Of a DNA stretch of 64,000 bases, positions 23,262 to 42,000 are shown in pieces. The stretch spans positions 3,400,689 to 3,464,688 of the forward strand of contig CM074809.1 in NCBI GenBank assembly GCA_037447605.1, written 5' to 3'. The translations under genes and the position numbers were made by a program. The stretch is from Zygnema circumcarinatum SAG 698-1b (lineage: Eukaryota > Plantae > Zygnematophyceae). Every line of letters begins with the position of its first letter. Positions within the stretch are counted from its first letter, which is position 1. The notes beneath the pieces were generated by a model, which saw only the letters and a list, made by a program, of their open reading frames with translations, was not told the origin of the DNA and searched no databases.

Positions 23262-24276
23262 GGCTTCTCCGCTCCGCTTCGCTGCGGGAGAGAGCGCGAG
23301 AGAAAGAGAGAGACAAAAGCGGATAGAAGAGAGGTTGCCCTAGTAAAGTAATGGCTGCCATATTGAGCTCTCCTCAAATAGAAACACGCCACGTGTCACG
23401 CCATTGGGACGCTGCTCTACAGTCCCTTTCCGTGTAAGTGACGCAGTTCCGTCCCGTTCCCTTCCAACGCTGTACGGCAGGTCCAGTTCGACAGCGTCCC
23501 AGTTCTGAACCCCGAAGTCTGCGAGAGGCTGCCAGTCGCTGGCATTGAGGTTCAGGGCCGCTCCGAACTCTGAGGGCTTGCAGGGTTTTAGGGGTTTAGG
23601 GTCGTAGGGTCGTCGGGCGGAGGATTCAGGGCGCTACCGCTCCCGCGCCGCCTCTCTTAAACCCTGAGGGCTGGGCACCGCCTGCAAGCGCTCTGCTTCG
23701 GGGGTTTTTTGTTTTTTTTCTGAGTTTTTGAGGGTGTAAGGTTTAAGTGAATGCTGGAGGGGTAGGATTCGAGTTGTTGCAGTGCGAGTGAAAGGCATCC
23801 TGAAACCCTAAATTCTAGAATCGTGAATACTCTAAGGAGTCAAGAGGCTCTGAACTCGGCAATGGGAAAACCTTAAACCCTAAATGATAGCTCAATAGAA
23901 ACCCTAGAAATCTTTGAAGAATCGCGAAATTTTGAATCCCTGGAAACGCCTGTTACTCATCTGACAGAAATTTCAACTTCAAAGTGGAAAAATCAAAAAA
24001 ATGTGAATTCGGAGTCCTTAAAATCTGAATTCTAGAACCTTCTTGACCCTTGAACCCTCCAATTTTAGAACCTGCGAAAACCCCAAAGCCTCTATAGCCC
24101 TCAAACCCTACCCTTAAACCTTAAACCCTCAACCCTAAACTCTAAACCTTAAACCATAAACGCTAAACCCTAAGCCGTACACCCTAAACGCTAAACCCTA
24201 AACCCTAAACGCTAAACCCTAAACCCTAAACCCTCAACCCCCAAAGTTTCGGACTCCCTAGAAACAAGAATCCGAG
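23262..24276. promoter_or_regulatory. Bidirectional promoter aspS / NOC2 with a G-box and telo-boxes
   Basis: Lies between head-to-head genes. Contains GCCACGTGTC at 23388-23397 and many AAACCCTA telo-boxes. Confidence 0.6.
24098..24240. repeat. Degenerate heptamer (CCCTAAA)n telo-box array just upstream of NOC2
   Basis: About 20 units in 7-bp register (ccctaaa, cgctaaa, ccctcaa, ccttaaa), ending 36 bp before the ATG. Confidence 0.85.
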
Positions 24277-32842
<8,566 letters not shown>

Positions 32843-33750
32843 TGATGCCGCGCCCTTTCCCTCCCACAAAACGGTACACATACACAGTGGGAGGGTGAAC
32901 CTGCGGGAGAGGAGAGGGGAGAAGGAGATTGATAGAAGGGAAAGAAAAGTGTCGGCAATTGGTCCCTTCAAGGGGAGGGCGAAGGGAGGCAGAGGGAGCG
33001 AGGAGAGGTGACGTGACGTGACAGCCACATGCTTCAGTCCGTTTGACTGAGACAGATTTTGGAAGCGGTACCTCGCCCACAGTGGACAATTATTTGGGTG
33101 ATGTATCAAGTTCTAATAAAGCTAAAAAACAGTTAAAAAAAAAAAAGTTGTGCTTTTTGATGCGAGGGGGAATTAGGCTTCAAGGTCGACCATCATTTTC
33201 AAAGAAATCAAATTTTGTATTCTCATATTTGTCGCTTCATTTGTGCTGCAATACGTGCCCTCTCTCTCTTATTGCTACTCATACTCACAATGGGCGTGAT
33301 TTCATCCATGGAACTTCCAAACAAATCCCTAAAATTCGAACGTGATAACGGCCTGAATCCAATTTTGTGGATGTATTAAATATGCCAAAACGTGCAGCCC
33401 TTACATCTGAGCTCCATAAAATAAACTAACGGTTCACCATTCTAAGCATGAACGTCGCAAAAGGCAAAACAGCAACACAAAAACATGCCGATTGGAGGAG
33501 GGCTCATACGGAACACGGAACATTATTGACAGGGGGGGTCCTCCGCCGTCACAGAACCAGCAGCAAGTTATTGGAAGTGACTCCCATGCACGTTGAAACC
33601 CTAATCGTCTGAACCCTAAACCTTCAGCGCTGCTATTCTATGCTATGCTTACAATACTGATCTCTCCCTCTCTCTCTCCCCCCCCTCTCTCTCTCACACA
33701 CGCACACCTCTCGCTCTATGTCTCTCCCTTTCAGACTGTGTGCCTTCTTC

Positions 33751-36700
33751 TCAGCCTCCCCCCTGTCTCCCATACTGAATGACGAGAGGTTTTCCTTTGA
33801 GCTTGAACCCGTTCACACGTGACAAGGCCTTCTCAGCAAGCGCAATACCTGCCCAAAAAAACCCCAACAATTGAATCTCTACGATTCATGTGTGAACGCA
33901 TTTACTGCATCGTTATTATCAAATCTACTACCCCAATCGGCCACTTGCTTTTTAGAAAGTCAAATCAAGAGAGATAACACCTGACAAAACTTAAAAGTCA
34001 AACCAAGGGAATGAAAGTCTCAGAATAGGCTTGAGAGAAACCCTGTTGTCCCATTCAATATTAGAATCATGTACAACATGCAAAGTTCAAAAAATGAAAG
34101 ATCAGATTCGCCGGCTTACTTGGGAAGGTAATGAAGGCTTGCCCCTTCATTCTGCCCTTTTGCATGAGCCGATAAATCAAAGGGGGCCCCTCCTCCTCTT
34201 GAAAGCGGAAGAAGAGAGCTACAAGGTCCTCCTCTCTCACATCGGAGGCTAAGTTTTTCAAATAAAGGGTCTTCACAAAAAACACCCAAAGCTGCAATTA
34301 GCAAAACAAGAATCATGACAGAAAGAAAACACAAAGAAGAATAGTCAACCGAGTACCGGCGAGTCGAAAGAAGGATCAATAAGACCAAGTGGGTTTTAAA
34401 CAAGAGGGTTTTGGGTTTCTAAGAATGCTGAATATTCTAGGCTTCTTAGGAATGTAAAAAAATCTCAGGATTTTTAGGGTAAGAACGAACTTTTGATTTC
34501 TCCCCTGCCTCATAGTCGCTGAATTTGCCGCCAAGGAGAGTCCGAATCTCCTCCACCGAGAGGCAGTTTGTCGCAATCTCTTCATCCGATATTGTGGGTA
34601 TAACAATAGCTTCCTTACTCCCATCTTCTTCTCCTTTCTCTCCTCCTCCTCCTCCTCCCTCTCCTCCTCCCTTCCCTCTCCCTCCTCCTGTCTCTCCTCC
34701 CTCTCCCCTCTCTCCAGCTCCTGTCTTTCCTCCCTCGCCACTCTCTCGCTCTCCCTCTCCCTCTCCTCTCTCTCCTCCTTCTGCCACATGAGCTTCAGGA
34801 TCAGCAGCAGTGCCCCCCATGGCTCCGAGGAAGGAGGCCATGTCCAGAAGAGGCGGAGCTCTCTCCTTGAAGACATCCGCGGCTTTGCGTTCCGGCTCCG
34901 TATTGGCAGCACTCCTTGCCGCATCCTGCAGGAGGGAGGGAGGGAGAGAGGGGGAGGGAGAGGGAGAGGAGGGGAGGGAGAGAGAGACGGAAAGAAGAAG
35001 GGGAGGGGAGAGAGGGAGAGGAGGGAGAGGGGGAGAGAGGGGAGGGAGAGGGGGAGAGAGGGGAGGGAGAGGGAGAGGAGAGGGGAGAGGGAGAGGGAGA
35101 GGGAGAGGGGGAGAGAGGGAGAGGGGAGGGAGAGGGGGAGAGAGAGGGGAGGGAGAGAGGGAGGAGAGGGGGAGAGAGGGGGAGGAGAGGGGGAGAGAGA
35201 GGGGGAGGGAGAGGGGGAGAGAGAGGGGGAGGGAGGGGAGAGAGAGACGGAAAGAAGAAGGGGGAGGGGAGAGAGGGAGACGGGAGAGAGGGGAGGGGAA
35301 AGAGGAGAGAAAACGTGTGACAGAAATGTATAGTGAGAGAGGGAGAAAAGAGGGAAGGCGAGAGGAGTGGTCGCAACTAGAGGGATTTATGCTTTGTTTT
35401 GTTCTACAAAACAGCAGAAGAGAACATTGGAAGTGATACAGATGAACATTTACAAGTAGAACACAAACTTTTGAATGAATCCAAAAAAGAGAGAGAATAT
35501 CGAAAATCGTACCAAGGGTGTCCCGTGTTTTGGGCGGAGCACATTTTCCACATGTTCTTCAAAAGGCTTCCTCCTCCCAACACCTGCTACCCCAAGCAGA
35601 CCTTCAAATTCTCAAGGCTTTCCGGGGGTTTAGGGTTTCTTTGAGCTCCATTGCTTTCTTCAAAAGCTGAAGCACTACTTCCTCAAACCTCTTCATGCTT
35701 CTCCTATTTTGAAGCCTATTTTTCTTGTTCGTTGGAGCATTAAAACAGTTGAAACTTTTACAGATGAGGGTTTTGTTGTTGAGCAAGCACCTGCAAATGA
35801 CAAGTGAGCTATGCCTTGGAGATGCCCTCCCCTTCCCTGCAAGAGAGATGCTTCCAACTGCGAAGCATGTCTTCCAGAACATGAAGGAAAGGCAGAGCCC
35901 CCCTCTGCTTGAATGTCATCATTGCCTTCAATTTCAAGTAGTTCCGAGTCTTGTTCATGCTCCTCTCCCCGGTGTTTGAACCGATGAACTTCATGTGCCG
36001 AAGCAAGTTTCCGCTTGCGAACCGTCTAAACCGCGGGAGAGAGGGAGGAGGAAGGGAGGGAGGAGGGAGGAGGGAGGAGGGGGGAGGGAGGAGGGGGGAG
36101 GGNNNNNNNNNNAGGGGGGATGGGGGAGGGAGGGAGGAGGGGGGAGGGAGGAGGGAGGAGGGAGGAGGGAGGAGGGAGGAGGGGAGGAGGGAGGAGGGAG
36201 GAGGGAGGGGGGGGTCTCTTTAGGGTTTTGAAATTTCTTCGGGTCACGCGACAGAACGAGAATTTAAGACAATCTGAGGGCTCTTATTCTAGTTTCATCA
36301 TGATTGCTGATTTTTAGAATATTTTAGGGCTAAGAAAATAAGTGAGAGGTCTGTAAGAGTTTAAATAGACGTGTCTAGCCGTACTCTTGAAGCTGCATTT
36401 CCAGAGTTAGTGTTTGACGCGAAATCGAGAAATGAACTGAATATTTGTCAGGAATAACTTCAAAAGCATCATTCAAACTCACAGAATCTTGATGCGAGAT
36501 TTCTCCTCCACTATTATCAGCTTCAGGAACTCCATCACGCGTCCTTCCACTGAAAGTTGCATTCATACACAGAAAAATGATCAAAAGAATACAACGGCAT
36601 TTGCCCTTCCTTAATTTCATCTATTTCCCTTGTCTACGTTCACGCATCATGAACTTATGCACCTACTCCTACACCAATCAATTTTGATGTTAACCTTCAA

Positions 36701-37315
36701 ATTTCCCTTCAAGAGTTGCTGCAGCCAAGCTGCCATGCAAAGCAGATTCAAAGCTCCCTTACCGAATGCCGTCTTTCTTCTCCGCCTTGTCTCTCTCTCC
36801 ATCGGAACTCCTCCCTCCCTCCGCTTCTCTCACTGCAGCTTCATGTTGTCGGAACTGCTCTAAAGTCAACACTCCCGCAGAGCCCCTGCTGCCAACCTCC
36901 GGAAGCGTCCTCCGAGCCCGAGTGAAGTCCACCTGCTCAGCCCTGCCATGGCCAGGTTGCTTATTTCAAGGAGAGAACAAACCTGCATTCCGAGACAAAG
37001 AGTATAAAAAGGAGCATGAAACTGACTCCTGCTTCAACCAGCAGTGCAGAAAATAGGAATTTTGTAAGGAAAGATGTGGAGACAAGGGAGGGAGTGGGAA
37101 TTTGACCTCTGTAAAGATGTAGAGAGCTGCTTTTGCAGGAGTTCCTTCAGTTTGGCTTCAGCATGCTGGAAAAGAGATTCATCCATGGCTTCCGGAGCCG
37201 CGCGATGCGGTCCTGCACGGGAGAAAGAGCTGCTCCTGTAGAGTTGAGGCTCATTGTTAGCAGCCATGGCTTCCTCTCCATACTCCCAAGACTGCATGCC
37301 GTCGCCTCTTTCCAT
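33751..37315 (-). CDS. RBM41: RBM41-like RRM protein (paralogue of U11/U12-65K/RNPC3)
   Basis: N-terminal AEAKLKELLQKQLSTS and AGVLTLEQF. C-terminal DEEIATNCLSVEEIR..FSDYEAGEKSK|TLYLKNLASDVREEDLVALFFRFQEEEGPPLIYRLMQKGRMKGQAFITFP|SIALAEKALSRVNGFKLKGKPLVIQYGR. Confident exons are 37107-37315, 36763-36942, ~34489-34927, 34120-34270 and 33751-33848. Middle exons (35490-36030) are uncertain and there is an N-gap at 36103-36112. Confidence 0.8.
34930..35340. repeat. ~410-bp homopurine/homopyrimidine (GGA/GA) tract in an RBM41 intron
   Basis: Almost exclusively G/A on the + strand. Confidence 0.9.
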
Positions 37316-37575
37316 GCAGCCACGGCAGTGCCCTGTTGGAAGCTCGAGAAAGATACGAGCGAAATTGATCTTTGGGAATCGTATTAAGCAAAAGGAGTCG
37401 TGCAGATGCAGAATGAGAGGCAGATTTGAACGTGGACAAAGAAGAATATAAAGGAGATAGATACGTTGTAGAGGGAATAGCCTTCTGGAACGACCTTGAG
37501 AGTATCCTGTCTACACTAGTTCGCTTTTTAGGGTTAAGGTTCAAACAAACCTTCTGCAAATCGTTCAGACGCGGA

Positions 37576-38070
37576 AACCCTAACCCTAATCCTGCCCTGA
37601 CCCGGACCCTCACCCTTGCCTGACCCTGATCCTCATCCTCACTCTAACACTAACCTTCACCTTGCCCTGACCAACCCTAACCCTAATTCTAACCCTAACC
37701 CTAACCCTAACCCTAACCCTAACCCTAACCCTAACCCTAACCCTAACCCTAACCCTAACCCTAACCCTAACCCTAACCCTAACCCTAACCCGAACCCTAA
37801 CCCTAACCCTAACCCTAACCCTAACCCTAACCCTAACCCTAACCCTAACCCTAACCCTAACCCTAACCCTAACCCTAACCCTAACCCTAACCCTAACCCT
37901 AACCCTGACCCTAACCCTAACCCTGACCCTAACCCTAACCCTAACCCTAACCCTAACCCTAACCCTAACCCTAACCCTAACCCTAACCCTAACCCTAACC
38001 CTAACCCTAACCCTCACCCTAAACCTAAACCTAACCTTACCCTAATCCTAACCTTAGCCCTAACCCTAAC
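37576..38070. repeat. Interstitial telomere-type (CCCTAA)n/(TTAGGG)n array
   Basis: Near-perfect core at 37691-38010 (about 53 hexamers with a few CCCGAA/CCCTGA variants) and degenerate flanks that keep roughly the 6-bp register. Confidence 0.97.
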
Positions 38071-38741
38071 AATTCATGGCTGATTTCATGAGGCTTAGAT
38101 TTTTGTGACAGATTCCAAGTTTCAAAAGTCGAACATGAGCAGTACATGTATGATTCCAGAACAACATTAGGGTTTTGCATGCTGCGCTCATCGAGATGTC
38201 CATGTGGCCACTGCGAATTTCACTTTTTCATGAATTTTTGTGTACTAAACCGTGCGTTGAATGTATAGGAACATGTTTAAAAATTAAAAAATTTGTAATG
38301 TTTTTTGCGGCTTCATGTTTGATACCTTGAAACGTTTTACATCTCCAGGCTTCAGGTTAAAGCGATGTTGATTAACTGAATGACCCATTCAAAGAATCAG
38401 AGAGTTTGCGCCTTCAAGGCTTTCACTGGATTCATTCAAGATCTAGGGTTCAGGATCTGAAATTTCAGGGCTCGCATTTTCCGTTGAATGCAAGACAACT
38501 CCTTCCGTGCTCCTCAAAAGTAAAAGTTTGCATATTCTTGAAACAGAAGCCTTCCCCCATTCACATTGAAACCATCCACCCTCTCATCCGCACCAAGAGC
38601 ATCAAAACTCGATCACTCATTTTATTACTCAAAATGAATACAGAAAAAAAAAAAAAAATGTAAAGAATTCCAAAACCCTGCTTACAAATATAGACCTTTC
38701 TCTATAATAATAATAATATACACAGATGCAGGCGAGAGCGG

Positions 38742-40601
38742 TCAGGCCCCCCCCAGGTGCTTCCCTCCATAGCCCACGATCCTCTCCCTGTTTACGAGCT
38801 CCTTTCCGGCCACCAGGAAGTACGCGGTGTGCCTGCACATGCAGAAGCAGACGATCCTTAAAAATCGAAATACTTCGAACCTTTCCAAAACTCTTGAAGC
38901 CCACACTGTGTCCAAAACACAAACACAAACACGGAACCCTCAGATGCACACAGCAAGTGATGTTCATGCATGTATGGATGTATGCATGTATGCATGTATG
39001 CATGAATGTATGTATGCATGCATGTATGTTTGTATGCATGTATGCATGTATGTATGCATGGATGCATGCTCACTCCATCACTCATACATACATGCATGCA
39101 TGTATGAGTGATGTTCATGCATGTATGGATGTATGCATGTATGCATGTATGCATGAATGTATGTATGCATGCATGCATGTATGTATGTATGTATGTATGC
39201 ATGCATGCTCACTACATCACTCACAAACCGCATCATCATCCTGCCCCCCCCCCCCTTCCCCCATGCTGTCTGTCTCTCTGTGTGTCCACCTGAAGAACTT
39301 CATCATGCGGTCCTTGGAGTCCGCGTCGATCTCGCGCGTCTCGTCGAGCGCCGCCGCCATGTGCGCGAGCCACCGCTCCGCCGCGGGGGGGGTCACGGCG
39401 TACGGCCCGTGCCGCCCGATCAGGGCGGGGTGGCCTGCACTTGCACACACGCACATTGCTAGTTGCTTTAATCCTGAAGAATTCTAACCCTAACCCTCAA
39501 TCTTCAAGGCCTTGACCTTAACCCTAAAGCTGAACCCTCAGCGCTAACCATCACGCTAAATCTGAACATCCCCTAGCCCTAACCCTAATGCTAACACTAA
39601 CCCTAAGCCTAATGCTAACCCTCTCGTGTTAACACTAACCCTAATCCAGCCCTAGTCATAATCTTAACCCTAACGTTAAACCTAAGCCCAACCCTCATTC
39701 TAACCCTAATCCTAACCCTACCCTAAACCTAACTCCCAATTCTAGCCCTGGCCCTGACATGGCCTTCCAAGTCTCCCAAAAGAAGGCGCTTCCTACCTTT
39801 GCGCTGCGAGTAGAGAGGGGGTCCCCCCATGCGCTGAATGAAAAACTCGTACTGATTCTGAATGGCTTCTTCCTTAGTGGAGCTCGAAAATATGCTCCTG
39901 AACCCTTCATCTTCATCCGCATAAACCCTAACAGCCACAACCCCTCCCGCGCCGCCGCAAGCTGCATGTCAGTTGTGAAGTAAATGGGGGTTACCAATTT
40001 GAAGGGAGCGTTCGACTGAAGTTTGGTTAACCCAACTAACCATAAACCTAACTCAAAAACTTAATCTTAAACCCTAAACCCTGAGTCTAACTCTCAACCC
40101 TAAGCTCCGACCCTAGTTCTAGCACTAAAACCTCAAACCCTCAACCGTCTCACCAGCTCCAACACCGAACCCCCTGACCCTAAACCTTGACCATAGTTTT
40201 AACACCTTGTCCTAAATCCCAAAACCCTGATCAACACCAGACCCAAACCCTAACCCTAAATCCTAAACCGCAGACCAAAACCTTAGCCCATACGCAACCT
40301 CTGACTCTTAACCTACATCTTACACTCAGCCCTACCCTATAACCTTAACACCCTAAACCCCTACCCTGAACCACGCACACCAAGCCCTAATCCGTAAACC
40401 CTCAACCCTAATCCTAAACCCTCAACCCTAAACCCTAAACCCTGAACCCCTTGAGGCCGCTGACCGGTTGTAGAAGTGCGTGGAGAGGCGCACGAAGGCG
40501 GCCTGTCCGAGGCGGCCGTACAGGTCCGCGCTGTCCAGCGAGAAGGCCTCCTCCAGCGGCACGCCGCTCGCCGCCGACGCGCGCTCCTGCAGGGACTGCA
40601 T
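38742..40601 (-). CDS. GLB3: Group II (2/2) truncated haemoglobin, plant GLB3 type, 4 exons
   Basis: [17 protein letters not shown]|[44 protein letters not shown]|[28 protein letters not shown]|HTAYFLVAG. Exons are 40465-40601, 39797-39927, 39290-39434 and 38742-38832. Confidence 0.96.
38955..39220. repeat. (CATG/TATG)n satellite, internally duplicated, in GLB3 intron 3
   Basis: Two copies of gtgatgttcatgcatgtatggatgtatgcatg...gctcact(c/a)catcactca. Confidence 0.85.
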
Positions 40602-40900
40602 CGACCCTCAACCCGTCCTCAACAGTAAACCCTGAACCCTTCCTGAACCCTCAACCCTAGACCCTAAACCCTTCCTGAACCCTCAACTCTAAACCCTGAG
40701 CCCTTTCTGAACCCTGAACCCTAAACCCTTCCTGAAGCCTAAACCCTGACTCTGGACCCTTCCTGAACTCTAAACCCTGAACCCTTTCTGAACCCCGGAC
40801 TTTTTTCTGAGCCCTCACCCCTCAACCCTGAACGCTGGACTCTTTCTGAACCCTGAACCCGACCCCTGAACTCTGAATATCTGAGCCCTGAACCCCTGAA
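39485..40900. repeat. Degenerate telomere-like AACCCT repeats filling GLB3 introns 1-2 and the upstream/5' UTR region
   Basis: Dense ccctaa/ccctaaa/ccctga(a)/ccctcaa units at 39485-39750, 40030-40450 and 40605-40900, C-rich on the + strand. Confidence 0.8.
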
Positions 40901-41409
40901 GGTCAGGCTCTGGGAACCGTCGGGTTCAGAGTGACCAGGCGAAAGCAACCTTCAGGAACCCTCGGGAAGGAACCAACGAAGGAGCCTTTGAGGCTGCCCG
41001 TATCCATGAGATCTTGAGATAGATTTGAGAGGATCTCAAAAATTATAAATTAGATCCTGTCGAATCTTTCTGGTTTGTCTCGACCCCACAATCTAAAATA
41101 AAAGATAAGACGCTGGATACAGTCAAAGACATATCTGATTCGAAATCTACCCGATATCTTGACTTTTGAATTTTTTGTAGGACCGAGTTAGAGCCACAGT
41201 GAAGAGGCGTCAGCGAAAGGTTTACAGCCAATCAAAAGCCACCGACAACACGTCCTGGTAATTCCTTCTGCGTCAGCAGTACGGTAATTTATAAGGCACT
41301 GCATCTTTGTCGTTTAGCTAAAGCATTCAAATATCGGCACTTCGTCGGCGCATCGGCTGTGACCGGCAAAGAAACTTGCCGGTGCCGCCTTACTTTCGCC
41401 GGGTGGCTG

Positions 41410-41715
41410 GAGGTTTAGGGGCAGTTTTTAGGGTTAAGGGTTCACGATTTAGGGTTGTAGGATGTAGGATGTAGGGTGTAGGGTTGAAGTTGGAGGGTCA
41501 GGATTTAGGGTTTTGGGTTTAGGTTGAAGGGTGAAAGGGTAAGGGATGAGGGTCAGGGTCAGGGTTTAGGTTTAGTGTCAGGGTTTAGGTTTAGGGTTTA
41601 GGGTTTAAGGTGAAGGGCTCAGGGTCTAGGGTCACAAGATTTAGGGGTTTAGGATCTAGGTGTGAAGGGTTCAGGGTTTAGAGTCAAGTTTAGGGGTACA
41701 CGGTTTAGAGTTGAA
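41410..41715. repeat. Degenerate TTTAGGG/TCAGGG repeats (opposite polarity) in the probable 5' UTR intron of the BTB gene
   Basis: tttagggt/tagggt/tcagggt units, G-rich on the + strand, between a putative GGAG|GT donor (~41412) and a CACAG acceptor (~41749). Confidence 0.75.
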
Positions 41716-42000
41716 GGGTTTATCGTTTGCTCTCTCACACTTTCACAGCCATTCTTCGGCGCGAGTGAGGAGCCATCCGAGATAAATGTCTTTTTTCTTG
41801 CATGGTTCGGGCGCATGCTCGAGCCGCCTCAGAAATTTGATCGATCTGAGACGGAGGGCGCGAGGATGATGTAGTCGGTCGCTGTGCAGGGCCTGAAAAA
41901 AATCACATAAGCATTTCAGAAAACCATACGAACCCTAGAAACCCTAAAAACTCTGAAAACCCTACAAAAAACCCTAAAAACCCTAAAAGTTTTCTTCGGC

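Noticed and set aside
37610-38083. (RV)n and (NP)n ORFs
   Set aside because: They are translations of the telomeric hexamer array, with no coding context.
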